A DNA stretch of 64,000 nt from the IMG/VR virus record IMGVR_UViG_3300042350_005045. One strand, written 5' to 3'. The notes under the pieces are model-generated. The model was not told the origin of the DNA, made no database searches, and saw nothing but the letters and a program-made list of their open reading frames with translations. Positions 8,714 to 19,300 of this stretch are shown piece after piece (the first letter of the stretch is position 1; the number at the start of each line of letters is the position of its first letter). This stretch comes from an uncultured virus (IMG/VR IMGVR_UViG_3300042350_005045). Taxonomy: Duplodnaviria; Heunggongvirae; Uroviricota; Caudoviricetes. A program made the position numbers and the translations under genes.

Positions 8714-10947
8714 TTCGTTTCACTGTATCCAATGGGCGTTTAACACCTACTCTTGCAGAAGATGTTTCTTCTGAAGAAAAAGAAGCAGCGGAGCTTATTG
8801 CTGCGCGTTTAAACGCTTTTCAAGGATCGGCAGGAAGCTATAAAACATTGATGGAGGGTATTGATAAAGATCTTCAAAGCAAAGGCGTTGTTGCCAAAGA
8901 TGTTATTGATGCGGATACAATTGGTACTATTGAGTCCTTTTATGAAAAAGCAGCAGGCATTAAGCCCTGGGACTCAACTAAACAAGGTAAAAACCTTGCT
9001 GAATTTGACGCAAAGTTTTATGCCGGTTTAGTTCCGGATAAAGCTAAAACCTGGAAAGAAGCAAGCAAAGCAGTTACCTTTGCAGGGCAAAAGATCGCAG
9101 ATGTTGATATTACCAAGCAATACCCTGATCTAGATAGTTATCTTCACGCGGATTATAGCTTTGTTGGTTCTCCAGCAGGTTTGCCCGGTAAACAAAGGCA
9201 GCTTACAGAGTACACGGAGACTCTTCGACCACCTACAGATAGAGAACGTCAAATCCTACGAGAGACTTTATTTGGTACCTCTGCGGAACAACCGACTTCG
9301 TTGGTTGAGTTGTCTACGCAAGATTACGTTGATCGTCAAGGAGAGCAGACCTTTGGCGCCCTTTCCTCTGATGTACTTAAACAAACTTTAGATAAGTACG
9401 CAAAAACGATCAAAGAAGAGCAAATAAGTTCCATGCTCCAGGGAATGGGCATGCCTGATGTTAACGGCTTTAAGCAAGACATCAAGAATTCAATCCTTGG
9501 TGATTTAGGCAGCGGCGGTTTTACAAGTTTTGGCCAAGGCCTTTCCAAAGCACTTGAAAAAAGTTTTGGCACTGGATCCTCAATTAAATACAATTGGCAG
9601 AAGTGGTTTGACGAAACACTTGCTGAGCGTTATCGCAATATGCAAGAAATTCAAGATCCAAAAGAGGCGGCAACAACATACAAGATTGAACAAGAGTTTG
9701 CAAACAAATTTATCAACGATTACTTGAAACCACGTTTTGACACTTCGAAATCGATTGCAGAATTTGTAAGCTACATGGATGTAGAAGAAGACAATCAAAA
9801 CGTTTTACAGACTCAGCTTGCGTCAAGTGCATTAAAAGATTTTGCCAACAACCAGGCCAATAACTATTTAAGTGATCTTGCAACAAAAACAACAAGCAAA
9901 GCTTTTGATCCCAAATTTTATCTAAACCCTGAGCTACTTAGTGGCACTGATGACACTAAAAAATCAACTCTATATTCTCAACAAAAAGAGAGCGTTAACA
10001 ACGATTGGGAAAATAGAGCTTCTGCAGATGCAGTAAAAGATGGAAAAACTTGGGCGCAATGGGCATATGAATATGGACTTGACATCAACAATAAAGATGA
10101 TTTCGCAAGGTTACATTACGAAATAATTGGTAAGCCAAAAGGATATGATCCAGTTGCCGATTCTTATACAAGAGATGATCTTGCGTCTTTTATTCAAAAG
10201 GATCTAGCAGCAGCGTTACAAAATGAAAAAGCTTCATACAGCAATCCAGTTTTCTTGGATTTTGTTTCTGCAGAAACAAAAACACAAGAACTTGTTGACA
10301 AATTGAATATAAAAGATCTGCCAGAGGAATATCTGACACAGCTAAAAGGTGTTGGCTTGGATCCTAATGAAACGCCTGCTGAACAAGTTAAATCTTATCT
10401 TTCTGAATTTTTAAGGACAGAACCTGCTTCTGAAATACGAGAAAAGATTCGTCTACTTAATGAGCAACAAATTAAACCAACACAGGAGGAATTGGGAGCT
10501 GGTTATATTCAACGAGATACAGATGAAAAACCAAGAGCCCCTGCCGGCGGTACAGCACTCTTTGGTATTTTTAAAAAAGCCGGTTACACCGGAACAGAAT
10601 CCGAGTTCTATCGTGATTTCTTTCCTGATGCTACAGATGAAGACAAAAATCTTGGCAAAGTAGACGGTACAGTATCTACCAAAGGAGGGATGCAAGGTTT
10701 GTTTGGCTTCTCCATGCCTGATATGTCCGATCCATTTGCAGCTATGGCATCTATTGGTAACATGTTTGAGGACAGCAGTGCAAAAAAACCTGAGCTACCT
10801 ACGAAGAAAAGTTATTTCAGTATCTTTACCGATGAAAAGGATGAAGGTGCGCCCTCATACTTTAAAATAGGAAGTAACAGTACAACATCTAGCAGGCTTC
10901 CGTCTGCTCAAGATTTCCTTGGTAGCTTTGGTTCTTTCTTCAGTTGA
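8710..10947 (+). CDS. Large hypothetical protein (probable virion protein)
   Basis: 745 aa ORF with no recognised motif. Confidence 0.6.
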   Translation: MIRFTVSNGRLTPTLAEDVSSEEKEAAELIAARLNAFQGSAGSYKTLMEGIDKDLQSKGVVAKDVIDADTIGTIESFYEKAAGIKPWDSTKQGKNLAEFDAKFYAGLVPDKAKTWKEASKAVTFAGQKIADVDITKQYPDLDSYLHADYSFVGSPAGLPGKQRQLTEYTETLRPPTDRERQILRETLFGTSAEQPTSLVELSTQDYVDRQGEQTFGALSSDVLKQTLDKYAKTIKEEQISSMLQGMGMPDVNGFKQDIKNSILGDLGSGGFTSFGQGLSKALEKSFGTGSSIKYNWQKWFDETLAERYRNMQEIQDPKEAATTYKIEQEFANKFINDYLKPRFDTSKSIAEFVSYMDVEEDNQNVLQTQLASSALKDFANNQANNYLSDLATKTTSKAFDPKFYLNPELLSGTDDTKKSTLYSQQKESVNNDWENRASADAVKDGKTWAQWAYEYGLDINNKDDFARLHYEIIGKPKGYDPVADSYTRDDLASFIQKDLAAALQNEKASYSNPVFLDFVSAETKTQELVDKLNIKDLPEEYLTQLKGVGLDPNETPAEQVKSYLSEFLRTEPASEIREKIRLLNEQQIKPTQEELGAGYIQRDTDEKPRAPAGGTALFGIFKKAGYTGTESEFYRDFFPDATDEDKNLGKVDGTVSTKGGMQGLFGFSMPDMSDPFAAMASIGNMFEDSSAKKPELPTKKSYFSIFTDEKDEGAPSYFKIGSNSTTSSRLPSAQDFLGSFGSFFS

Positions 10948-10953
10948 TAACAC

Positions 10954-11226
10954 ATGTCAGATAAACATAAAAAAGCAGCAAAAGCCTCCAAGATTGTAAA
11001 GGATTCAATGCCTTGTAACAAGCCAAGACGTGACGTACAGGGCGGGAAAAAATCTGTTGTGAAAGCTTGTGAAAACGGTCAAGAAAAAATAGTCCGCTTT
11101 GGTGACGCCAACATGGAAATTAAACGCGACAATCCCGAGCGACGCAAGAATTTCCGTGCCCGTCATAATTGTGACGAACCTAAAAGCAAGCTTACGGCTG
11201 GCTACTGGTCCTGTAAAGCCTGGTAG
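10954..11226 (+). CDS. Small basic phage protein
   Basis: KIVRFGDANM...RRKNFRARHNC...AGYWSCKAW, a pattern recurrent in environmental phages. Confidence 0.7.
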   Translation: MSDKHKKAAKASKIVKDSMPCNKPRRDVQGGKKSVVKACENGQEKIVRFGDANMEIKRDNPERRKNFRARHNCDEPKSKLTAGYWSCKAW

Positions 11227-11252
11227 GATTTGTCTGCCGCTTCGTTACCAGC

Positions 11253-11378
11253 ATGGCAAAACCCAAGTCCAACACACTTCACATTGAAGGCAAACCCAAG
11301 ACCACTTCCATTGGCCAAGGCCAAAACAGTCGTCCTCAACGCCGAGGCAAAAAAAAGCTAAGGGGCCAAGGTAAGTAA
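11253..11378 (+). CDS. Small basic protein (41 aa)
   Basis: MAKPKSNTLHIEGKPKTTSIGQGQNSRPQRRGKKKLRGQGK, read manually. Confidence 0.6.
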   Translation: MAKPKSNTLHIEGKPKTTSIGQGQNSRPQRRGKKKLRGQGK

Positions 11379-11413
11379 AATTTATGTATATTAGGAGTAC
11401 TTGTTGTACTCCT

Positions 11414-12073
11414 ATGTCGGATCTTTCGCATGCGGTTAACCTAATCCGCAAATACGAAGGGTATAGCGAAAAAGCATACCCAGATCCGACAACTGGTCAA
11501 GATCCCTACACCATCGGGTTTGGAACTCAGTTCTATCCCGATGGTTCTCCCGTCAAGCGTGGCCAATGCTGTACTCGTGAGAAGGCCCTTGAATACCTCT
11601 TCCACGAGATCAATGTCATTGACAACCAGCTAGCCAAGCTCAACCTTGGCCTGGACAACAGCATGCGCCAGGCCCTAATCTCATTCATCCATTCGGTCGG
11701 CTGGGATCCTTTCCTGTACAGCCACGTCATCGACCGCATTGAAGCGGAAGACTTCTGTGGTGCTACGCAAGAGATGGGCCATTGGATCTGTGATGAGGAG
11801 CACAACGTCATTGGTGGCCTTCTGGATCGCCGCAGGGAAGAGATTAACTTGTTCCTCCAAGAGGTCGATGCCAATCCCTGGTCCTCCACTGAAGTGCTTC
11901 TGACAGCCTTCCGCAACTACAGTGCTGCTCCCCATGAGGTACGTGCAGTTCGTCAACTGGAAGAACGCATCAGTCCTTACATCCTGTCAGAGTTTGCCAA
12001 TGCCTTTCGTGTGAATGAAAACAAGTGGGGCGATTTCCCAGACCAGGAACTTGATTTGCTATTCACTAGCTAG
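11414..12073 (+). CDS. GH24-type lysozyme with C-terminal extension
   Basis: LIRKYEGYSEKAYPDP...TIGFGT...ALISFIHSVG...GLLDRRREE; AGGAG upstream. Confidence 0.85.
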   Translation: MSDLSHAVNLIRKYEGYSEKAYPDPTTGQDPYTIGFGTQFYPDGSPVKRGQCCTREKALEYLFHEINVIDNQLAKLNLGLDNSMRQALISFIHSVGWDPFLYSHVIDRIEAEDFCGATQEMGHWICDEEHNVIGGLLDRRREEINLFLQEVDANPWSSTEVLLTAFRNYSAAPHEVRAVRQLEERISPYILSEFANAFRVNENKWGDFPDQELDLLFTS

Positions 12074-12109
12074 GATTAGAATAATTGCAACGAGCAAATG
12101 CAGAGTGGA

Positions 12110-12403
12110 ATGGAGCGTTCAGTTGAGCCACGGGAATTTGAACTCCCCCTGGAACTCCAGTTTTCCATGCGTAAAGCAGAGCTTCAATCCCAAGAGATGA
12201 CTTGGGAGGAACTGCGTTACGCCCTGCTCAGCCTCTACCATCAACGCATGATGGAATGGCACGCCATCAAAGACATCATGGCGTCCGAGAACATTGAGAT
12301 CGACTGGGATCATCCCACCGATCTGGAATTAGCCGAACTCGCCGCCGCCTGTATGGATGACGACGAGTACGACGATGATGAAGATGAGACTCAGCCCTTC
12401 TGA
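12110..12403 (+). CDS. nblA: NblA-like phycobilisome degradation protein with acidic tail
   Basis: LPLELQFSMRKAELQSQEMTWEELRYALLSLYHQRM resembles the NblA pattern LsLEqqF..r.....v..ms.eq....L..ly.q.m. Confidence 0.55.
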   Translation: MERSVEPREFELPLELQFSMRKAELQSQEMTWEELRYALLSLYHQRMMEWHAIKDIMASENIEIDWDHPTDLELAELAAACMDDDEYDDDEDETQPF

Positions 12404-12906
12404 GCTTCATCAAGTTGAATAAGGCGCTCCAGATACCACAGCGCTTTTTTCAGGGATTCGGTTCCGCCTTTATGGCGCTCCCGCCAGTTATATTTCATCA
12501 CGTTACCCTTGCAGTAACCACGAAATTCTTCCAGCGTTAAACCGGCTTCAATCGCTTCAATACATTCAATCTCGCCCTCCGTGTAATGCGGAGGGTGGTT
12601 TATTACATCCGGAAGCACAACAGGAGCTTCTTCTTTAACTGCCCAAGGTACCGGGCAGACGCCATCCTTACATTCCATCGCAGGCTGGTTCTCTGGTACA
12701 GGATCAACTTTTATCGGATCAAACCACGACGTTTTGCGGACAGCATCTGCTCCTCCTCGTCCGGTTCCTCCAGCTCCAGTACTAGAGCCTTGGGCTTCGG
12801 TGAGGCTCCCATTGCCAAGCCCTGTTCCATCGAAGGGATGTAGCCCGTCATTCCAGGACGTGCCCCCTCGAGATTCAACGGATTCCTTTCGAGACCCTGT
12901 TCGCAT
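12391..12906 (-). CDS. DUF3310-type protein
   Basis: DVINHPPHYTEGEIECIEAI...GNVMKYNWRERHKGGTESLKKALWYL; start codon uncertain. Confidence 0.8.
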   Translation of the reverse strand: MRTGSRKESVESRGGTSWNDGLHPFDGTGLGNGSLTEAQGSSTGAGGTGRGGADAVRKTSWFDPIKVDPVPENQPAMECKDGVCPVPWAVKEEAPVVLPDVINHPPHYTEGEIECIEAIEAGLTLEEFRGYCKGNVMKYNWRERHKGGTESLKKALWYLERLIQLDEAQKG

Positions 12907-13055
12907 GCAACTAAACCGCGATTGTACATATCGTACAGCGGAACGTCGTTCTCTGTGTTGTCCAGGGGTGCACCAAAATCTTCTTCATCTAAACAACGAC
13001 ATTTGACTTCATCCTGCACAAATGCGTCGAGGAAGCTTGCGGCGGAATGCATCAC
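12711..13055 (-). CDS. Hypothetical acidic protein
   Basis: 114 aa ORF overlapping the 5' part of the DUF3310 ORF in another frame. Confidence 0.55.
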   Translation of the reverse strand: MMHSAASFLDAFVQDEVKCRCLDEEDFGAPLDNTENDVPLYDMYNRGLVACEQGLERNPLNLEGARPGMTGYIPSMEQGLAMGASPKPKALVLELEEPDEEEQMLSAKRRGLIR

Positions 13056-13090
13056 GGGATTAATTGATTCACTGCTTCTACAATGTTAAT

Positions 13091-13417
13091 ATGGCCAACA
13101 GATTTAGACCTACATACGACCCAGGTATCAACTCTGGTACCTCTGGAGCTGAAGTTTCAGACTTGCGTCCTGAGCAGGCCTATGACACAGACATGCGTCG
13201 AGTAGATGCTGGTGATAGGCGTGCAGCGGCTTCTGTCAACAGCAATCAAAATCGAGTTGCTAAATTTATGCGAGCTGCCCGTAGTGCTGGTGAGTACCAG
13301 AAACGTGCTTTAGTTCGTGAACCAACGAGCGCAACCGCAGGAGATTCAGGTGGGCGTGCCGGCTCCGTTGGCTACGCCCGTAAACCTAAAGAGCAGTTTG
13401 GTAAACCCTTCGGTTAA
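13091..13417 (+). CDS. Hypothetical protein
   Basis: TACAAT -10-like box at 13079-13084 upstream; isolated + strand gene. Confidence 0.55.
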   Translation: MANRFRPTYDPGINSGTSGAEVSDLRPEQAYDTDMRRVDAGDRRAAASVNSNQNRVAKFMRAARSAGEYQKRALVREPTSATAGDSGGRAGSVGYARKPKEQFGKPFG

Positions 13418-14001
13418 ACCTGAGAAAAGACCACATTATTAGGCTGGTCTTGGTACTTGCCCTTCCGGTCTTGATACGTGGTATGACAGGGGTTGCCCCG
13501 ATAGAACAGCAGTTGCGTGATCCCTTCATTTGCATAGATGCGATTGAAGAGTGCAGTGCAATTACTGATTTCCAGCGTCAGGTAACCCTCCCATCCACTT
13601 TCGGCAGGCGTAATGTTGACCAGGATACCTGAGCGTGCATAAGTTGATTTACCTACTGCCACGACAGTGATATCCCTGGGAAGCTTTAGTCGTTCTTGCG
13701 CAACACCAAGGCAGTATCCGTACGGAGGCAGCAAGAAGTATTGACCCCGCTCATCCTCCAGGAGATCAGCAGGCTTCAGAATATCAGGATCAAAGTCCTT
13801 TGGATCACAATCCCCAGCTTGTACCTTGCCAAAAATCAGGCATTGGGAAGGGGATAGACGAATGTCGTAGCCGTATGAGCTGAGACCGTAGCTCAGGAGC
13901 TTGCGACCATCTTCTTTGCTGACCAGGTGATCAACAAAAGGAGCGATCATCTCCTCTTCTTCAGCAAGTTTTTTGATTTCCCAATCGGCCAGGACGCTCA
14001 T
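13414..14001 (-). CDS. dcd: dCTP deaminase
   Basis: SYGLSSYGYDIRL...GKSTYARSG...TPAESGWEGYLTLEISN...YANEGITQLLF...KYQDQ. Confidence 0.95.
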   Translation of the reverse strand: MSVLADWEIKKLAEEEEMIAPFVDHLVSKEDGRKLLSYGLSSYGYDIRLSPSQCLIFGKVQAGDCDPKDFDPDILKPADLLEDERGQYFLLPPYGYCLGVAQERLKLPRDITVVAVGKSTYARSGILVNITPAESGWEGYLTLEISNCTALFNRIYANEGITQLLFYRGNPCHTTYQDRKGKYQDQPNNVVFSQV

Positions 14002-14034
14002 AGATCCTTGTAATCGTCCTTCAGTATACAGAGA

Positions 14035-14631
14035 TCAGATGAGAATATGCCCACGATCTTCGTAGATATCCTTAAAACGCTGGGTAGCGTCATCCGTTAA
14101 ATCGGTGGGGGGTAAGTAGACGACAAAAGAAGTGCACGTCTGGCGGCGCGAAAACTTCTTTCCGTCATACTCCTGCAACACGGGTCGTGTACGCAAGATG
14201 CACATCGGAAAGCTAAAGATTTTAGGCTCGTAACGAATCATGTCAGGACAGTTGCTGAAATATAGACCTTGCTCTATTTCACCAGAGATCCAGGCATGGT
14301 ACATCCGCCGAAACCATACGGCATGGGACGATGTCAACGACACCGCAGAAGCCCTTGTTTTTTTCCAGCGTCCATTCTTCTTATCCCAGAAGTACATACC
14401 CGCTGGTGGAAACAAGTAAGCCTTGCCGTACCACTGCTGTGCATTCAGCCCATCATCCGCTGGTGTGTAAAAGTTTTCGGCACCGACATACTCATTTGCG
14501 ACTTTGGAACTGGCGACGTCTAGTGTGATGCCACCCATCAGTTCGTTTGCAGCAATGATCAGATCTGAACTTGTGATTAGCTCAATGCCTTCTCGTCGGT
14601 TGGATGTACGTTGAAGACCTTCATTGCTCAT
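14035..14631 (-). CDS. Phage Dam-like DNA N6-adenine methyltransferase homolog with atypical catalytic motif
   Basis: ITLDVASS...FYTPADDGL...W.G..YLFPPAG (NPPY expected at this position). Confidence 0.6.
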   Translation of the reverse strand: MSNEGLQRTSNRREGIELITSSDLIIAANELMGGITLDVASSKVANEYVGAENFYTPADDGLNAQQWYGKAYLFPPAGMYFWDKKNGRWKKTRASAVSLTSSHAVWFRRMYHAWISGEIEQGLYFSNCPDMIRYEPKIFSFPMCILRTRPVLQEYDGKKFSRRQTCTSFVVYLPPTDLTDDATQRFKDIYEDRGHILI

Positions 14632-15011
14632 TGCGCTGACACTTTGTTATAGTCCACTTCGCAGTAGCGAATACCAGCGCCATCATTGATCAAATACCCA
14701 GCTTTTTCCTGGGGGTCAATCTTTTGAGCGGCAGATAAAATGCGCCTAAAAGTTTCAGCAAGATCACCATTGTTGTTGCGTTCTTCCTCTTCTTGAGCCG
14801 CATGTAGTTCTTTGAGTGTCAAGAAGAACATCGTGCGTTCAGCCGTAGGTTGAAAACACATCACACCAGGGCCTTCTGCTTCCCACATCTTGACGTAGTA
14901 CTCGCCCATATCACCAAGCATTAACTTGACTGTTGCGTCGAGCATCCTGGCTTTTGTTTCGTCCATCTCTGGACCAATCACAGAAGCAATTAATTTTTCA
15001 CGTCGGTTCAT
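14628..15011 (-). CDS. Hypothetical protein
   Basis: 127 aa, ATGA-coupled to its neighbours. Confidence 0.6.
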   Translation of the reverse strand: MNRREKLIASVIGPEMDETKARMLDATVKLMLGDMGEYYVKMWEAEGPGVMCFQPTAERTMFFLTLKELHAAQEEEERNNNGDLAETFRRILSAAQKIDPQEKAGYLINDGAGIRYCEVDYNKVSAQ

Positions 15012-15466
15012 TTCTGCAACAATCCTTGTCGGTTTAAAGATTCTAAAAGCTTTGGCGTTGGTTGGTACATGACAACTAACTTGCCAAGCACACCGCGTTT
15101 CTTGACGAGTTTACCAAGGTCATCCCTTACCTTATCAAATTCTCCAGAGCGGATCAAATACTCGGCAACACAACGGAGCCTTCTCTTGAGTGGCAATTCA
15201 GCCTGGGGGAATTTGCCGCAGATCGTATCCGCTTGCAGATCACAGAAGGCAAGGCGCAATCTGTTGGCAAGGGTCATACCAGAATTAGCGTCTTCCTCTT
15301 CATAATTTTTTAAGTTTTCCAAGTAACGGCGTAAGCACCCGTCATCAAAAGACCCACTGGGCGGCAAGAACATCTCCACTTGCCTAACCAAGGATTCAGG
15401 AAGCAGTTCCCCGTGATTCTCTACGGTCACTGCATTGAGATCAATACCACTAAAACGGTGCGCCAT
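15008..15466 (-). CDS. Hypothetical protein
   Basis: Likely start MAHRF at 15466, coupled to the upstream gene. Confidence 0.6.
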   Translation of the reverse strand: MAHRFSGIDLNAVTVENHGELLPESLVRQVEMFLPPSGSFDDGCLRRYLENLKNYEEEDANSGMTLANRLRLAFCDLQADTICGKFPQAELPLKRRLRCVAEYLIRSGEFDKVRDDLGKLVKKRGVLGKLVVMYQPTPKLLESLNRQGLLQK

Positions 15467-15887
15467 TCTCAGTCGGCTCCCACGCTTTTTGGTACATTGG
15501 TTTACGATCTTGACGTTGAGGATTAAGATCAACCGTCAAAACCTCTGGATTTTTAGAAAAGGATTGAATCAGTTGATTCCACGGGATCCGCAGGACTGCC
15601 TTCTTTTTAGGATCAGGGGAAACATTGACATAATGGATGCCTTCTACCCAGCCCTTTCCAGGTTGTTTCCTGCCAATGGACATCCAGTTACGGATGGTTT
15701 GATCCGAAACGCCAAGGCGTCTGCCGCATTCTTCTGTCGAGATGTACTCATCAGCAAAAGCCTGGGGACTTAAGACGTCAGTTTCTCCGTTGGAATAACG
15801 GGAGTGCCACATGGAACCAAGGATATTCTTGATTCCTTTTAGTTCACACGCAATGTCCTCCAAACTTTTACGAAGTCCGTACTGCAT
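15450..15887 (-). CDS. HTH DNA-binding protein
   Basis: YISTEECGRRLGVSDQTIRNW...WVEGIHY. Confidence 0.75.
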   Translation of the reverse strand: MQYGLRKSLEDIACELKGIKNILGSMWHSRYSNGETDVLSPQAFADEYISTEECGRRLGVSDQTIRNWMSIGRKQPGKGWVEGIHYVNVSPDPKKKAVLRIPWNQLIQSFSKNPEVLTVDLNPQRQDRKPMYQKAWEPTENGAPF

Positions 15888-15939
15888 ACCTTCACACGCT
15901 TTGTTTAGATGCTAATCTGTGAGAAAACAATTTGTGACC

Positions 15940-16260
15940 ATGGAAGAACAAATTCCTGCTAGTCAACCGCCAATGGCGATGCCTCCAAAAATGGAAGGTC
16001 AAATTACGCCTGAACAATTGACTGAATTGAAGGCTCGTGCCAGGGAACTTGCCATTCAGCAAACCATTGCTCAGCAGGCTGCTTTGCAACAGCAACAACA
16101 ACCGCCTCAACCGCCGCAAGTTATTTACTTACGTCGTAACCTGACTGTGGCAGAAGTCCTTTTAGTCCTTTTGCTTTCTTGCGGAATTGTAACAGGAATT
16201 CAATTGACCTGGAATGGGTTATCTAATATTTTGCCCCGTGTTGAAATTAAAATGCGTTAA
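15940..16260 (+). CDS. Q/P-rich protein with C-terminal TM helix
   Basis: VAEVLLVLLLSCGIVTGIQL hydrophobic segment. Confidence 0.6.
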   Translation: MEEQIPASQPPMAMPPKMEGQITPEQLTELKARARELAIQQTIAQQAALQQQQQPPQPPQVIYLRRNLTVAEVLLVLLLSCGIVTGIQLTWNGLSNILPRVEIKMR

Positions 16261-16304
16261 GCAGGAAGACTTATAATTAGTGAAAGAATTGCGCAGTACA
16301 GTAG

Positions 16305-19300
16305 GTGGCAAACCGTAAGATTTCAGAATTTCCTGCTATCAGCGGAATTGATATCGTTGACCAGGACCTTCTTAGTCTGGTTCACGTTTTTGAGGTCGAC
16401 CCAACACTGCGCAACAAAAAGCTTACGTTCACAGAATTTCGCTCTTACTTAAATCAATACTACGCAAATATCAGTGGAGCGACTATCAGCGGAAATTTTG
16501 TCATCACTGGCAATTTGTCCGTTTCTGGCGCCAGTGCATTCAATACCTTAACAACAACTGGTGCTAGTACCTTCAGTGGCATTGTTGTACAAAACAATGC
16601 AACAGTTAGTGGTACTATCAGCGGAGCTACGATTACTGGCAATGCGCTTCAGGGCACAACTCTTAACGCAGTTACCGTAACAGCAACAACTGTAACAGGC
16701 ACATCAGGGTTGTTTACCAGTGGTGTGTATCAAACCCTGTCTGGCGCAACAATCACGGGGAATACTATATCTGCAACCAGTGGCGTCTTTACTTCTTTAA
16801 GTGGCACAACAATTACTGGTGGGACGGTCAACGCAACAACTGGTACATTTCAATCTCTTTCCACCCCAGTTCTTAATATTTCTGGTAATCTTTCCGTTGC
16901 AAGCGGATTGACCGTTACGGGTATAGCACAATTTGCATCCGGTGTGCAAATTACTGGAACACTTTCAGGCGGAACTGTTACAGGAACAACAGCTCGCTTT
17001 ACAACTTATACAGGTGTTTCCGGGGTTTATACAACGCAGCTTTCAGGTGCAACTATCACTGGTAATACAGGACGTTTTTCAAACATCACTGGCGTATCAG
17101 GCGTATTCACAACCAGAGTTTCTGGTGCAACCGTTACCGGCAATACAGGTTCTTTTGGAAACGTTACCGGTATCTCAGGGGTTTTTACTGAAATCCTGTC
17201 GGGATTAACTATTACCGGAAACACTGGAAAGTACGGAACAATTTCAGGCGTCTCTGGAGTTTACACAACGCAGCTTTCAGGTGCAACTATTACCGGAGAC
17301 AATGTCAACGCAACATTTGTTACTGGCGCATCTGGTGTTTTTACCAGCAATATATCTGGCCTGACTGTTACGGGTACTTCGGGTTTATTTACCATTATCA
17401 ATGGTGGTTCTGGTATTTTTAGTAGTTCTCTCAGCGGGAATACAGTTACAGGAAACAACGCAAACTTTACAACAGTTACTGGCATTACTGGTACCTTTAC
17501 AACAATTGTTTCTGGTTTAACCGTCACTGGTAATACAGGTTCTTTTACAAACCTTACTGGCATTGCGGGTGTTTTTACCACAAGTATTTCTGGTGCCACA
17601 GTTACAGGTAATACTGTCCAGGGGACGTCTGGAGTTTTTTCAAATCTTAGTGGTACAACCATTACGGGAACAACGGTCAATGCCACGACGGGTGTTTTTA
17701 ACACCCTTCAAGCGACTAACTTATCTTTTACAAATACAACTGTATCCGGCGATTTAAACGTTCTTGGTTCTGGTTTCTTTGCCTCTGGTGTACAAATCAC
17801 GGGAACACTCAGTGGCACAACTATTAATGCAATAACAGGCGTCTTTACAACTGAAGTTTCAGGCGTAACTGCAATCTTTACGACTGGTAATTTTACTTCG
17901 TTAACCGGAACAACAACAAACGGTACAACGGCAATTTTTACAACAGGCACTTTCACGTCATTAACCGGTACAACATCTCGTGGCACAACTGCAAACTTTA
18001 CAACAGGCACTTTCACGTCATTAACAGGCACTACGTCGCGCGGTACAACTGCAATCTTTACAACAGGCACTTTCACGTCATTAACAGGCACTACGTCGCG
18101 CGGTACAACTGCAATCTTTACGAATGGTAATTTTACTTCGTTAACCGGAACAACAACAACCGGTACAACTGCGAACTTTACGACTGGTACTTTTAGCAGT
18201 ATTACAGGTGGTATTGCCACAATTACATCAGGTATATATGCTACTGGAAATACTACAAATCCATCAATTAGTTTTAGCGGGGATTCCGACACTGGAGTCT
18301 ATTCTCCAGGGGCCAATAGTATTGCTATCACAAATAGTGGCGTTACAAGGTTTACGATTACAGACAGTGGCATTGTAAGGATAGGACCGGGAAGCACTCA
18401 GTCCCTTGCTACTGTTCCAGTTGGTGCCGATGTCCATTTTGACGGTATAGCGCCTACGCCAAATGCCAGTACTTACCACGGCGTAGCTATTGTTAGTAGA
18501 GGCGGAGATGTATTTGGTGGAGCAGCGGCAGAAGCTTTACATTTTTATTCGGTTGGATGGAATAGCTATGCTTCTATTACGCACGGTACATCGGGATTTG
18601 GTGACAACCTTACTTTTTCTGGATGTGACGACATTTTTATAGATGCCGCTGCCCGCACGGTTTTAAGAGGCCCTACTTCTGTAGAAATTCAAACGGGTGT
18701 AGGCGGTACTCCAAGGGTAATTGCTAACGCAACTGAACTGGTCATTAACGGTAATACTCTGGACTACGATTTTCGTGTTGGAGGGGACACCAACGCTAAT
18801 TTGTTCTTCGTCGACGCTTCGACTGATCGTATCGGCATTGGCACCGTAAGTCCTGCCACCTTATTGCATTTATCCTCGTCCACTGGCAGTGCAACACCCA
18901 CTCCCACTGAGCTAAGGATTGCAACTACGACTGCTGCATCTGATTGGTCTGTAACCAATCCATGGGGCAGAATTAGTTTTTATAGCGAAGATGGTTCAGC
19001 TTTCGGTCCCAAAATTCATGCATCTATTGATGCGACGGCACTAACAACGGCAGGTGGAACGTCGGATATTGTATTTAGAACAAACAACAATACGAGCAAT
19101 ACATTAGACGCTCGAATGGTTATCAAGGGCGACTCAAGTGCTGCAGGGGCAAGGGTAGGCATTGGAACGACAAGCCCTGGCGGAGCCCTTGAAATTCAAG
19201 CTGCTGCAACAATTCACCCTTTAATTGTTCAAGGTCCGTCGAGTGAGTTTGCCCGCATTGATAGCTCCGGCAGGTTGTTGGTGGGGACAACCAGTGCGCT

